From Octopus sinensis (Eukaryota): 64,000 nt of DNA. Shown in pieces: positions 63,641 to 64,000 of the stretch (position 1 is the first letter of the stretch; every line of letters begins with the position of its first letter). Where the stretch lies: assembly GCF_006345805.1 (NCBI RefSeq), contig NC_042997.1:23994001-24058000 (forward strand), written 5' to 3'. A model generated the notes under the pieces. That model was not told where the DNA came from. It was given only the letters and a program-made list of their open reading frames with translations, and made no database searches. The position numbers and the translations under genes were made by a program.

Positions 63641-63688
63641 TAACACAACGTTTCGGCTGATATACCCTCCAGGCTTCTTCAGGTGTCA
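63641..63688 (-). ncRNA. Minimal type-I hammerhead ribozyme motif (Penelope pLTR type)
   Basis: UGACAC-CUGAAGA-a-GCCUG gaggguauau CAGCC-GAAAC-GU-U-GUGUUA. Stem I is 6 bp (one G-U), stem II has one mismatch, stem III is the palindrome AACGUU. Confidence 0.6.
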
Positions 63689-63709
63689 TGGAGAAATTTC
63701 GAACCTTGG

Positions 63710-64000
<291 letters not shown>

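Overview
Repeat-dense animal genomic DNA: AT-rich, with very abundant (TA)n/(TG)n/(GA)n/(ATCT)n/(AAT)n microsatellites and a 100-N gap at 23842-23941. The SINE and microsatellite landscape suggests an octopod cephalopod genome (inference; no database check). It looks intronic or intergenic. There is no intact protein-coding gene, operon or CRISPR array, and almost all ORFs in the supplied track are artefacts of microsatellites or SINEs. Supported content: (i) at least five tRNA-derived SINE families (labelled A, B, C, D, G here, since I cannot assign published names reliably), many with readable TSDs; (ii) decayed or truncated LINE pieces (RTE, CR1, R4/Dong sitting in (TAA)n, Penelope-like RT); (iii) DNA transposons (Tc1 remnant, an internally deleted mariner, non-autonomous Helitrons, Tc1/pogo/hAT-like MITEs, and a GG-terminal 8-bp-TSD MITE carrying TTAGGG repeats); (iv) a decayed 5S rRNA copy; (v) minimal hammerhead-ribozyme motifs; (vi) four long fold-back inverted repeats; (vii) two weak candidate coding exons. 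I found no convincing novel multi-gene system. The most interesting signals concern repeat architecture: a perfect 115-bp inverted repeat, repeated local tandemisation of SINE B, an in-frame mariner deletion removing the DNA-binding domain, nested MITEs, a SINE-head/RTE-tail chimera, and a 5S copy next to a SINE.
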